Assembly: GCA_041821265.1 (NCBI GenBank)
Contig: JBGUEQ010000010.1
Span: forward strand, 4,217 to 68,216
From: Lachnotalea sp.
GTDB taxonomy: Bacteria > Bacillota > Clostridia > Lachnospirales > Lachnospiraceae
Direction: 5' to 3'
DNA: 64,000 bases
Part shown: piece by piece, positions 18,945-28,345 of the stretch
Numbering within the stretch: the first letter of the stretch is position 1
Layout: each line of letters begins with the position of its first letter
The notes under the pieces: generated by a model
What the model was told of the DNA's origin: nothing
What the model saw: only the letters and a program-made list of their open reading frames with translations
Database searches by the model: none
Program-made: the position numbers and the translations under genes

Positions 18945-19844
18945 TTATAAACTAGAATAAAGTTGTTTATATAAATCCGGTCTAAAATCCGGTGTATCAG
19001 TAATAGCATTCTTTTGAAAAATATCACGTTTACTTAATGAAAGGTCAATTTCTGCAAAAAACAATCCCTCATTAACATTTCTATCGTCTCCGCAATATAC
19101 TTTAAGATTATTTTCTTTAAATTCAGTTTCTTTGGGACCTATTACCATACTTCCTCCACCAAAATAATTGAAATGGTCATAGCCACACAAGTTTGAGCTT
19201 GCTATATATATTGAGTTTGCTAAAACACCATATTCCAACATTGTTGTATAGCTTTTTAGAAAAGCATCCTTGCTGCCTTCAAGATTAATTTCCTCCGCAA
19301 GTGCAGTAAGATTTAAATAAAGACGAGAACCTTTTGCAACATAATAACGCATAAGTTCCGGAAACTGATAAGTATCATAACAAATACCCACGGAGATTAA
19401 TCCCCACTTCGTATCGATCATAAAGGGAGTTGTTCCTTTTAGGCACCAAGTATTTTCTTTATCAAATGGATGAATTTTTCTGTATGCTCCAACCGTTCCA
19501 TTTGGTTCTGTAATAATTGCCGAGTTATATAAATTGCCATTGTCGTCTTTTTCTGACATTCCAAATATAATATATATTTCATAAGATTGTGCTATTTTTT
19601 TAATTCTATTTACAGATTCCCCATCAAGCTTTTCTGAATGTTTTATTTTTTCCTCCATTAAAATATTTTCATTAATAAAATAATCATATCCCATAAGGCA
19701 TGTTTCTGGAAATAGAATCAGATCCACGTTTTTCTTGGCAGCCTCTATTGAAATTTTTTCAATTTTGGTTAAATTATGTTCTTTATCGCCATTTCTTACA
19801 TTAAAATTAACTACTCCAATTGTTATCTTGTCTGGATTACTCAA
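18945..19844 (-). CDS. Carbon-nitrogen hydrolase (nitrilase superfamily), canonical catalytic residues
   Basis: LFPE, YRKIHPF (Lys) and GICYD (Cys). TTG start 6 nt after GGGAGG. Confidence 0.85.
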   Translation of the reverse strand: MSNPDKITIGVVNFNVRNGDKEHNLTKIEKISIEAAKKNVDLILFPETCLMGYDYFINENILMEEKIKHSEKLDGESVNRIKKIAQSYEIYIIFGMSEKDDNGNLYNSAIITEPNGTVGAYRKIHPFDKENTWCLKGTTPFMIDTKWGLISVGICYDTYQFPELMRYYVAKGSRLYLNLTALAEEINLEGSKDAFLKSYTTMLEYGVLANSIYIASSNLCGYDHFNYFGGGSMVIGPKETEFKENNLKVYCGDDRNVNEGLFFAEIDLSLSKRDIFQKNAITDTPDFRPDLYKQLYSSL

Positions 19845-20178
19845 ACTATACCTCCCTAAGTGAATTTAATCTACATTTAAATATACATTCTATGTCATTG
19901 ACAAAAAAACCAAACTCTGTCCTTCATTCTAATTTATAATCCCCTACATTTCGTTGTAAATACACGTGATTAGACTTTTACCTATTAGATTAGAGCAATA
20001 CCTTATATAACAAAAAAAGAGCACGCCAATTATTTTCAGCATACTCCTTTGTATTACTAACTAAAGCACTGCAATATTGTGCTCTTTCTAACTTTTATTA
20101 TAATCATTGACAGATCTCAAAACAATATTCATTCATATCAAAAATAACACATATTTTTGTTCACACTGCACAATTGAT

Positions 20179-21309
20179 TCAGATAAGATCAAATATATAA
20201 AAAGATATTTGATATTCGACTATATCTTTTACCTCCGCAAACTCTGTTCCCAGCATTTCTTTTATCTTCTTCATCCGGTAATTTATAGTATTTCGATGGA
20301 CGTAAAGCTGCTTTGCCGTTTCTGCCGTGTTTCCACCATACTGAACAAACGTACGTAGCGTCTGGAGATATTCAGTCTGATTGTTTTTGTCATATTCTAA
20401 AATAGTTCCCAGTTTTTTCTCCACATACATTTTCATCAAATCAGGGTCACAGGTCATTAACAAGTTCTCAAGGCCCAATTGTTCAAAAATAGTAAGCTGT
20501 TGGCTTTTTTTCTTTCCAAACAGAATACAGTCTTTTGCTTTTTTATAACTAATATGGAGCTGTCCATAATGCTGAACTATACTTCCTACTCCGATCCAGA
20601 GATCATATTTTGAAATAAATTGAGTACTATTCTCCAGGAAATTGAGCAGGTCCTCTTTTATCTCTTCTGAATTACCTCCACAAAATACAATAATAATATC
20701 TGTTTCCCTTGCTATCAAAACCGCCTTGCATGACATTTCCTGTAAGCGTCGGTTCAACATTCTATTCTGAAGATTCATTTCCGAAGAAATTACTGTTACT
20801 GCATATTTATCATATTTATCGTATTCATTCTGCTCAAGGCAGGAAACATATTCTGTCAAGTTTTCCGGAGTAAATATTGCATTTAAAAATGCATTGGTTA
20901 TGTTGCTTTCTCTCTGCACAGATTTAAAAATACGGTTCGTAAAATCCTGCTGTAGATCCTGTAAAAACATTTCCCAAGGGAAAGTTAATAGTGGAAGTTT
21001 AATTTCATCACAATAGGCAATGATCTCTTCTGGAATAACCTCTATATATCCACCCACGTTTATTATGACGCCACTTGGTTCAAATGATTTTATACTTTCA
21101 ATAAACTTGTTCAGCCAATCATTTTCTATCGGGGACATCATAGCTGTGGTTACAATCAACTCACCCTGTCTTGTCCAATTGGATATCATTATATCTTCCA
21201 TGTAGTACATTCGGGTCACTTCATTCATCATACCTTCTTTCCCTGATAAAAGTTTGAGCTGAAATTTTTCTCTGGTATCATCGTACAGTTGCTGCAGCGT
21301 AATTTTCAT
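20179..21309 (-). CDS. PucR/CdaR-family transcriptional regulator
   Basis: C-terminal PucR-type HTH TAKQLYVHRNTINYRMKKIKEMLG. Size and layout fit the PucR family. Confidence 0.8.
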   Translation of the reverse strand: MKITLQQLYDDTREKFQLKLLSGKEGMMNEVTRMYYMEDIMISNWTRQGELIVTTAMMSPIENDWLNKFIESIKSFEPSGVIINVGGYIEVIPEEIIAYCDEIKLPLLTFPWEMFLQDLQQDFTNRIFKSVQRESNITNAFLNAIFTPENLTEYVSCLEQNEYDKYDKYAVTVISSEMNLQNRMLNRRLQEMSCKAVLIARETDIIIVFCGGNSEEIKEDLLNFLENSTQFISKYDLWIGVGSIVQHYGQLHISYKKAKDCILFGKKKSQQLTIFEQLGLENLLMTCDPDLMKMYVEKKLGTILEYDKNNQTEYLQTLRTFVQYGGNTAETAKQLYVHRNTINYRMKKIKEMLGTEFAEVKDIVEYQISFYIFDLI

Positions 21310-21403
21310 TTTGTCACCTTACTAAATATTAATAATATCATTGATTTTCAGTTGCTCACATAATATGTTTCATTCTTCTTCATATCTTCTTATTCATATG
21401 CAT

Positions 21404-21432
21404 AGTATATACTATTTTGCGACTAGTATCAA
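21404..21432 (-). promoter_or_regulatory. Possible sigma-A promoter for the PucR-family gene (TTGATA-17 nt-TATACT)
   Basis: Minus strand: TTGATA (21432-21427), a 17-nt spacer, TATACT (21409-21404), about 95 nt upstream of the ATG. Confidence 0.35.
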
Positions 21433-21606
21433 TCTGGCGTAAATTCTTACCTATGATCAATTACGTCAATCACAGTTAATATGCCGCCACTTAGAATAAC
21501 TGAAACAGAAGAACCAACCTTCTATTTTTGCAACTCAAAGTTCATATCACGAAAAAGTTTTATTTCCTGACATTTTTCAGCATCTTTCTTGTTATTGTCG
21601 AATTTA

Positions 21607-22071
21607 TCAGTACCACTTTTTAATGAGGTTATCAAATTTTCTATTTTTACTTTTATAGTGAAACCATTTTTGCGGGATCAGAAAAATAATCATAATTCCA
21701 AATGCTATTGCCAAAGCTATTCCCATAGATTCTCGTCCATAATCTCCCGCCAGCGACAATTGATCTATAAAAATATAATAGGTAGTAAAGTAAATGCCTG
21801 TTCCCGGTACAAGTGGAAAAATACCAGCAATCAAGAATACAGTCACCGGAACTCTTCTATTCACCGCGAAGAATCGCGAAACAAAAGTAACTACTATAGT
21901 TCCTCCAAAAGTGGCTAGTACAACTGAAGACAGTAACTCATATGTCATAAGATAGCAAAACCAACCTATGCTTCCCGTTAAGCCACAAAATAAATATTCT
22001 TTTCTTGGCGTACTAAATAAAATGGAAAAAGATAATGCTGCTAATCCCGCTGCGATAATTTTCAAAAACAT
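21607..22071 (-). CDS. Threonine/serine exporter family protein, small subunit (ThrE C-terminal-type, YjjB-like)
   Basis: 154-aa polytopic membrane protein directly downstream of the ThrE-type large subunit. Confidence 0.7.
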   Translation of the reverse strand: MFLKIIAAGLAALSFSILFSTPRKEYLFCGLTGSIGWFCYLMTYELLSSVVLATFGGTIVVTFVSRFFAVNRRVPVTVFLIAGIFPLVPGTGIYFTTYYIFIDQLSLAGDYGRESMGIALAIAFGIMIIFLIPQKWFHYKSKNRKFDNLIKKWY

Positions 22072-22083
22072 AACCAGCTCCTC

Positions 22084-22860
22084 CTATCTAAGCATTTGAA
22101 ATATCATCATAACACTACCAACTCCAACAGAAATACTGAGAGAAACTAATAAAGCATTTACCAAACGAACTGTCCCTGATAAATAATCTCCTGCAAAATA
22201 GTTTCTGACAGAAGTAGTGAATGATACGCCGGGCACCAAACATATAATTGATCCTATCATAATATGATCTAAATCTGTTCCCAATCCAATTGAATATAAA
22301 AGGATTGAAATTGTAGTTACCAAAGCAGAACCAAATGCATTTTTAAGAATTTCTGGAATTGCTACCTTTTGCATTCTAATTATGAAAGTATATAAAATAA
22401 TACCAGCAATAAACGAAACCAAGCTGTCGTTTAACGTACCACCAAGCATGTATCCAAAGGCGGCACTCCCCACTCCTGCAAATAAAATGCGAAGTAAATT
22501 GGTTTCATAGGGAATCGCTTCTACTACTTTTAATGCTTCGATAGCCTCTTCTACTGTATATTTCCCATTTATTATCTCTCTTGAAATATTGTTGACTGCT
22601 GTAACTCTTCCCAAATGCACCGGAGAAATTGGAATATGCATACTTCGCCCCGTGCGAATTCCTTCCCCTTCAATCAACATGGATGTAAAAATTCCATTTG
22701 CCATAGCAAAGACATCGAGTTCATTTATATTATAATGTCTGGCTATGATTTTCATTGTCTCTTCCACTCGATAAATCTCAGCACCATTTTCCAAAAGTAT
22801 TTTCCCTGATAATACAACTATATCAAATATCTGATTTTGGTTAGAATCTTTTTCTCTCAT
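22084..22860 (-). CDS. Threonine/serine exporter family protein, large subunit (ThrE/YjjP-like)
   Basis: 258 aa. A soluble N-terminal segment followed by about five TM helices. Paired with the 154-aa partner. Confidence 0.7.
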   Translation of the reverse strand: MREKDSNQNQIFDIVVLSGKILLENGAEIYRVEETMKIIARHYNINELDVFAMANGIFTSMLIEGEGIRTGRSMHIPISPVHLGRVTAVNNISREIINGKYTVEEAIEALKVVEAIPYETNLLRILFAGVGSAAFGYMLGGTLNDSLVSFIAGIILYTFIIRMQKVAIPEILKNAFGSALVTTISILLYSIGLGTDLDHIMIGSIICLVPGVSFTTSVRNYFAGDYLSGTVRLVNALLVSLSISVGVGSVMMIFQMLR

Positions 22861-22994
22861 TATTCTTTCTCCCGATTGAACTTACAATTCATGAAAGCAG
22901 CAATGCAAGTAGTTTCTATCTGCTAATGTTATTATTTCTTATATTATGTCATTTAAGCCTGAATTTTTCAATCAGTGCACACTACCTTTCAAAA

Positions 22995-23897
22995 CTAATC
23001 CAATAACACGTTTTCAACATGTTTCCTTATCCATTCCTTAACAAAAGCAACAAAGCTTTTTACCGTAGGTTGCAATGACCCTCTGGACGATAAACAAAAG
23101 TAGATAATACGATTCACTTCTGGCTCTAAAATCCTTCTTGTGTAACCACTATCATCATACGAATCCAAAACAAGTTTTGGCAAAATGCTTATACCACATC
23201 CACCTCGTACCATCGCTATTGTAGCCTGATCACTCAAAAATCCATTAGGTTCCATTATTTTTCCTTTCGCCTGTCGAAGTATTTTGCCAACCGCATAGCT
23301 CGTACCTTCACTCGGTATTACAAAGGTTTCTCCCTTTAACAATTGAGGTGTAATCTTCTCGTACTGACTTAACGTATGATTAATTGGCACAATTACATAA
23401 TAGGGCTCTCTAATTAGAGGCGTCTCATTTATCTTCTTATTTGATTCTACTGTAATTGCACAATCAATCACATCTTTAGCAAACCAATCCTTCATAATTT
23501 CATAATTAATTGCATCATTCATATAAATCTCTACAAGGGGATATAACTTACCAAATTCCATGATAATTTGTGGCATCCATTGCACTGCTACACTTGTAAT
23601 GACTCCAATTCTTATTTTTCCTCGATGAATATTTTCTTCACCAGCAAGAATTCGTATTTCTTCTTCTTTTAATACCAGCTCTTTCGCCAGAGGATAGATT
23701 CGTTCTCCTTCTTCCGTTAATGATACACCATTTCGTCCCCGATATAAAACTTTAATGCCCAATACTTCTTCCATTGAGGAAATCATATGGCTAGCAGCTG
23801 TCTGTGAATAATTTAACTGTGCTGCTGCCTTTGACAAATTTCCAGTTTCGACTGCACGTACAAATAAAACATATTTATTGACATCCATATTTTTCAT
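22995..23897 (-). CDS. LysR-family transcriptional regulator
   Basis: N-terminal HTH LSKAAAQLNYSQTAASHMISSMEEVLG plus a LysR substrate-binding domain. Divergent from panE. Confidence 0.9.
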   Translation of the reverse strand: MKNMDVNKYVLFVRAVETGNLSKAAAQLNYSQTAASHMISSMEEVLGIKVLYRGRNGVSLTEEGERIYPLAKELVLKEEEIRILAGEENIHRGKIRIGVITSVAVQWMPQIIMEFGKLYPLVEIYMNDAINYEIMKDWFAKDVIDCAITVESNKKINETPLIREPYYVIVPINHTLSQYEKITPQLLKGETFVIPSEGTSYAVGKILRQAKGKIMEPNGFLSDQATIAMVRGGCGISILPKLVLDSYDDSGYTRRILEPEVNRIIYFCLSSRGSLQPTVKSFVAFVKEWIRKHVENVLLD

Positions 23898-23920
23898 CCT
23901 TGTTTTTTCTATTTATTATA

Positions 23921-23937
23921 CATGAAAATCATTCATG
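23921..23937. promoter_or_regulatory. Candidate LysR box (T-N11-A) CATGAA-N5-TTCATG in the divergent intergenic region
   Basis: 6-5-6 inverted repeat containing ATGAAAATCATTCAT, between the LysR gene and panE. Confidence 0.45.
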
Positions 23938-24015
23938 ATACCATTGAATTTTTAGTATTTTATATAGGATTTTATTCATGGTACAATAAAACCAAACAAA
24001 AATAGGAGGACTAGT

Positions 24016-24936
24016 ATGAAAATAGCAATTTTGGGAGCAGGGGCTATGGGAAGCTTATACGCAAGCTATCTCATTGCTGCACATGATGTCAGTTTAATAG
24101 ATAGTTATAAACCACAAGTAGATAAAATAAATATTGATGGGTTAATAAAAATAAATCCTGATAAATCAGAAGAAACCTTTATGGCAAAAGCAGTATTAAG
24201 TGGTACGAATATTGGTATTCAGGATTTAGTTATTGTTTTTGTAAAAGGTTTACATACATATCAAGCAATGAAGGAAAATCTAACACTCATCGGTCCCAAT
24301 ACGATTGTAATGTCACTTCAAAACGGTGCAGGAAATAATAAAGATATTCGAAATTTCGTATCAAAGCGTAAAATAATCGTTGGAACCAGCAGTCATAACA
24401 GTGTTTCTATGGAACTTGGTAAATTCTATCACTCCGGATGTGGTCCAACTAATATTGGACCTGACTATCCTTGCAACGAATCAATAGCGGATGTAAAAAT
24501 AGTAGCACATACTTTAACAGATTGTGGATTGGATGTTAATGTAATTGAAAATATTCAAAAAGTCTTATGGCAAAAGCTCCTTGTTAACTGTGGAATCAAT
24601 GCACTTAGTACAGTAATGCAATGTAAGCTAGGTGAAGTTTATACCAACCCATATCTATGGAGCCTTTGTAAAAAAATTATATATGAATGCACATTGGTAG
24701 CAGAAGCAGATGGAACCTATTTTGATCGAATGGATGCAATTGAAATCGTTAAAGATGTTTGCCAAAATAATGCATCTGGGTATGCCAGTATGTATCAGGA
24801 TCGTATTAATCTACGCTTAACAGAAATCGATCGAATAAATGGTGTTGTTGCCAATCTCGGCAAGGAATATGGCATTTCTACTCCTAATAATACGATACTC
24901 GTAGAACAAATACATGCTATTGAACAAATGTATTAA
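24016..24936 (+). CDS. panE: 2-dehydropantoate 2-reductase (ApbA/PanE family)
   Basis: N-terminal Rossmann motif ILGAGAMGSLYA. 306 aa with the ApbA N- and C-domain layout. RBS AGGAGG. Confidence 0.8.
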   Translation: MKIAILGAGAMGSLYASYLIAAHDVSLIDSYKPQVDKINIDGLIKINPDKSEETFMAKAVLSGTNIGIQDLVIVFVKGLHTYQAMKENLTLIGPNTIVMSLQNGAGNNKDIRNFVSKRKIIVGTSSHNSVSMELGKFYHSGCGPTNIGPDYPCNESIADVKIVAHTLTDCGLDVNVIENIQKVLWQKLLVNCGINALSTVMQCKLGEVYTNPYLWSLCKKIIYECTLVAEADGTYFDRMDAIEIVKDVCQNNASGYASMYQDRINLRLTEIDRINGVVANLGKEYGISTPNNTILVEQIHAIEQMY

Positions 24937-25342
24937 AATATTACTAACTCAACTTGTCATTGAAAAGACCTGTGATGAGTTGGTTTTAATTGATAGAAAT
25001 GAAGATATGGCATGGGCTGAAGTCACAGCTTCAAACCATTTATTATGTTATACCGAATGGAAGATGAGAGTTTCACAAGGGGCAACGAAAGATTGCAGCG
25101 ATGCGGATATCGTCGTTCTCTCTGTTGCAGGAAGAAATGAAGAAGGTATGACAGTACTTGATATGACTGAAAGTGCCGGAGCAATCGTTAAGAATATTGT
25201 TCCTGAAATCATGAAAAGTGGTTTTGATGGCATATTTGTTGTAATAACCAATCCGGTTGATGTGATGACTTATTTAGTGCAAAAACTGTCAGGATTACCT
25301 GCAAATAGAGTGATAGGGAAAAATGTAACTTATTTTAGGTAA
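24937..25342 (+). pseudogene. Remnant of an L-lactate/malate dehydrogenase-family gene (central part of the NAD-binding domain only)
   Basis: ..DELVLIDRNEDMAWAEV..CSDADIVVLSVAG..FDGIFVVITNPVDVMTYLVQKLSGLPANRVIG resembles the LDH core. The GxGxxG start and the whole catalytic C-domain are missing. It ends 7 codons after RVIG and overlaps the gntR stop. Confidence 0.65.
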
Positions 25343-26054
25343 AAAGTACTTTCTCCAGTTCACCTTTTGTAAACACAAATTCAACTGCAACAGGCTTTTC
25401 TTGCAGGTCATGTATTTCAATACAGAATTCCAAAATCGGTGTTCCAGCAAGGACACTTAAGAGCTCACCTACTTTATCATCACATATTATCGGTTTCGAT
25501 GATATATAACTTTTTCCAATTGTAATGCCACATGCATTCATAATTTTTGAAATCGGTTGACTTCCTAAATCTTGCTCAGAATACCTGTCAAGTATAGATG
25601 AACATAGTAATTCTGGAATATAAACTTTTTCAACAGCAAAAGGCTTATCATCAACAAATTTTATGCGTTCATAAGAAATAACCTTCTGTTCCTTATTTAT
25701 ATTTAATAAATTCGCCACTTCCAATGTTGGTTCTTCCACGCTATTGTTAACATATTTATGTTCTCCAGAAATAGACATTGCTTCTATAGACAACGACGTA
25801 TGTGCCAAGTCAACTTTTCCGAATAAGTCAACAACCTTATTGTGCTTGGAAACATAAGTTCCTTTTCCTTGGACACGATATATGAGACCGTCTGTCACCA
25901 GCTCTCGTAAAGCATTCGTGACCGTAATGCGACTACATCCAAATAATTTACTAAACTCCGCCTCAGTCGGAATAGCTGCTCCTTCTTCCCATTCACCTGA
26001 TTCTATTTTTAATTTTATAAAATCTTGTATACGCATATAAATTGGAATGCCCAT
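25335..26054 (-). CDS. GntR-family (HutC/UTRA subfamily) transcriptional regulator
   Basis: Winged HTH FSKLFGCSRITVTNALRELVTDGLIYRVQGKGTYV plus a UTRA-sized C-terminal domain. Confidence 0.88.
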   Translation of the reverse strand: MGIPIYMRIQDFIKLKIESGEWEEGAAIPTEAEFSKLFGCSRITVTNALRELVTDGLIYRVQGKGTYVSKHNKVVDLFGKVDLAHTSLSIEAMSISGEHKYVNNSVEEPTLEVANLLNINKEQKVISYERIKFVDDKPFAVEKVYIPELLCSSILDRYSEQDLGSQPISKIMNACGITIGKSYISSKPIICDDKVGELLSVLAGTPILEFCIEIHDLQEKPVAVEFVFTKGELEKVLFT

Positions 26055-26087
26055 TTTTTCCCCTTTACTAAATCTGATTTATATTAC

Positions 26088-26186
26088 AGTTAACTTTAAC
26101 GTAAGTGCTTCAAACTATGATGATATAACTTAATGCTAATATCTTGATTTATTCATACATTTTTCTTGAAGCACTGATAGTTAACT
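26088..26186. promoter_or_regulatory. Nested inverted repeat upstream of gntR: AGTTAACT..AGTGCTTCAA..(52 nt)..TTGAAGCACT..AGTTAACT
   Basis: Palindromic octamers AGTTAACT at 26088-26095 and 26179-26186. 10-bp arms at 26104-26113 and 26166-26175. Confidence 0.4.
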
Positions 26187-26314
26187 CTTCTATTCCATAT
26201 AATTCATTAATTTCCTTATTAATGATTCTATCAAAATTTACACGTAATGGCAATTGCCAATATACAGTTCTAAGCTTTAATAAAGAATTTAACTTAACTC
26301 CTATTTATGATTAG

Positions 26315-26338
26315 GGTGTCAAAAGGTATTTTGACACC
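26315..26338 (-). terminator. 10-bp hairpin just downstream of the last ABC ATPase gene
   Basis: GGTGTCAAAA-GGTA-TTTTGACACC. There is no clear U-tract on the minus strand, so function is uncertain. Confidence 0.35.
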
Positions 26339-26344
26339 TGATAC

Positions 26345-27307
26345 CTACAAATTGTTGATCTCTTTTGCATAATGACAAGCAATAAAATGATTCTGGGTTA
26401 CTTCGATGAGTGGTGGCTCAGAACTAAAACATAAATTTTTTGCATAATTACATCGCGGCGCAAATCTGCATGTTGCTGGTGGTTCAATTGGTGAAGTAAT
26501 CTCCCCCATCAATTGAATACGTTCTTTGTTGGCACCGATATGAGGCTTAGGAATTGCCGAAAGCAGTGCTTTAGTATATGGATGGAACGGTTTATTGAAT
26601 AATTCTTTAGCTTCGCATTTTTCCATAATTTTCCCTAGATACATTACTGCAATATCATGAGAGATGTGCCTAACCACAGACAGGTCATGAGTAATAAAAA
26701 TATATGACAGATTACGCTCTTTTTGCAAATCCTGAATTAAATTCAGAATCTGAGCCTGAATCGAAACATCCAGAGCGGAAACCGGCTCGTCGCATACCAT
26801 CAACTTTGGATTTAACACCAATGCACGACCTATTCCGACACGCTGCCGACGCCCGCCATCTAACTCATGCGGGTAAGCGTTACCAAGTCGTGATGCTAAG
26901 CCTACCGTATCCATTATTTCATTAACTCGCTTCTGATATTCCTGTTTTGTCTGACAAACCTTATGGATAATCAGTGGCTCTCCAATGATTTTCTCCACGG
27001 TCATGCGAGGATTAATCGAGGAAAATGGATCCTGAAAAATCATCTGCATATCCTTACGTAACTCATGAAATGTTGCCTTAGAAGGCTTGGAAATATCCCT
27101 TCCATCAAAAATAATCTTACCACTGGTGGCTTCGAGAAGATTCAGGATTACACGACCCAAAGTGGATTTACCGCATCCAGATTCGCCAACAATACCCAAA
27201 GTCTTCCCCTTTTCCAAGGTAAAACTCACTCCATCCACCGCATGAAGCATACCGGACTTCGTCGGGAAATGTTTTTTTAGATCATTTACTTCTAGTAATA
27301 TACTCAT
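26345..27307 (-). CDS. Peptide/opine/nickel-type ABC transporter ATP-binding protein (OppF/DppF-like)
   Basis: Walker A GESGCGKST, a Walker B region, and a C-terminal Cys-rich oligopeptide-type extension (CRFAPRCNYAKNLC). Confidence 0.9.
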   Translation of the reverse strand: MSILLEVNDLKKHFPTKSGMLHAVDGVSFTLEKGKTLGIVGESGCGKSTLGRVILNLLEATSGKIIFDGRDISKPSKATFHELRKDMQMIFQDPFSSINPRMTVEKIIGEPLIIHKVCQTKQEYQKRVNEIMDTVGLASRLGNAYPHELDGGRRQRVGIGRALVLNPKLMVCDEPVSALDVSIQAQILNLIQDLQKERNLSYIFITHDLSVVRHISHDIAVMYLGKIMEKCEAKELFNKPFHPYTKALLSAIPKPHIGANKERIQLMGEITSPIEPPATCRFAPRCNYAKNLCFSSEPPLIEVTQNHFIACHYAKEINNL

Positions 27308-27321
27308 CTCTTTTCACTCCT

Positions 27322-28335
27322 TTATTGACCTGAGCATAAGATGCACTTTACCTTATGCCCTTTGGTAACTTCCACTACTTTAATATTAGTAGAATCGCAT
27401 TCTTTTGAGTAATAATTACAACGAGGATGAAATTTACAACCATTCGGTAAATCTGTTGGAGAAGGTCCCATACCTCTAATCGTCTCAAGTCGTTCTAAAT
27501 CTTTTTGTAAATCAGGGATGCAACTGAACAATCCCTTTGTATATGGATGCAGTGGATTATTAAAAATATCCTCAAGAGTTCCGTATTCCACAATTTCTCC
27601 TGCATACATAATAGCGACTTTATCACACACTTCTGCAACTACACCTAAATCATGCGTAATCATTATCATTGCGGTGTTAAATTCCTTCTTGAGGTCATTC
27701 ATCAAATTTAATATCTGTGCCTGAACTGTTACGTCAAGTGCAGTTGTAGACTCATCCGCAATTAGAAGTTTAGGATTACACGCTAACGACATAGCAATCA
27801 TCACCCTTTGCTTCATACCCCCTGAAAATTGATGTGGATATTCATCATAACGATCACCTTTGATTCCGACAATTTCTAGCATCTTTTTTGATTTAAGGAT
27901 AGCATTCATTTTAGATGTTTTTTCATGTAAACGCACTACTTCCATTATTTGATCACCAATGCTGATCAATGGATTCAATGAAGTCATTGGATCTTGGAAA
28001 ATCATCGTGATATCTTGTCCTCGGATTTTTCGCATTTGACGCTCTGACTTGTCCAAGAGGTTTTCTCCTTCATAATAAATTTCCCCTTTAACAATCTTAC
28101 CTGGTGGATCAGATATTAACCTAATAATACTGAGCGCTGTGGTAGTTTTTCCTGCGCCAGTTTCACCAACCAATCCTAATGTCTCTCCATGACAAATATC
28201 AAAACTTACACCATTAACCGCACGAACCACTTCATTATCGACGATGTATTTAACTTCTAGATCTCTGACTTCTAATAACTTTTGCTTTCTTTCCGAAATT
28301 ATATTATTCTTTAATGGTTCATTTTTCTTAATCAT
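27322..28335 (-). CDS. Peptide/opine/nickel-type ABC transporter ATP-binding protein (OppD/DppD-like)
   Basis: Walker A GETGAGKTT, signature FSGGMKQRV, and the C-terminal extension CKFHPRCNYYSKEC. Confidence 0.9.
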   Translation of the reverse strand: MIKKNEPLKNNIISERKQKLLEVRDLEVKYIVDNEVVRAVNGVSFDICHGETLGLVGETGAGKTTTALSIIRLISDPPGKIVKGEIYYEGENLLDKSERQMRKIRGQDITMIFQDPMTSLNPLISIGDQIMEVVRLHEKTSKMNAILKSKKMLEIVGIKGDRYDEYPHQFSGGMKQRVMIAMSLACNPKLLIADESTTALDVTVQAQILNLMNDLKKEFNTAMIMITHDLGVVAEVCDKVAIMYAGEIVEYGTLEDIFNNPLHPYTKGLFSCIPDLQKDLERLETIRGMGPSPTDLPNGCKFHPRCNYYSKECDSTNIKVVEVTKGHKVKCILCSGQ

Positions 28336-28345
28336 TTTTCATCTC

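Noticed and set aside
18824-19027. 67-aa minus-strand ORF bridging the CN-hydrolase and M24 genes.
   Set aside because: It overlaps the 3' end of the CN-hydrolase in another frame, has no RBS and has a basic low-complexity sequence. The real signal there is the frameshifted M24 N-terminus.
24914-24936. Track start of the 142-aa ORF inside panE.
   Set aside because: The first codons are just the panE 3' end read in another frame. The LDH-like similarity begins only after the panE stop.
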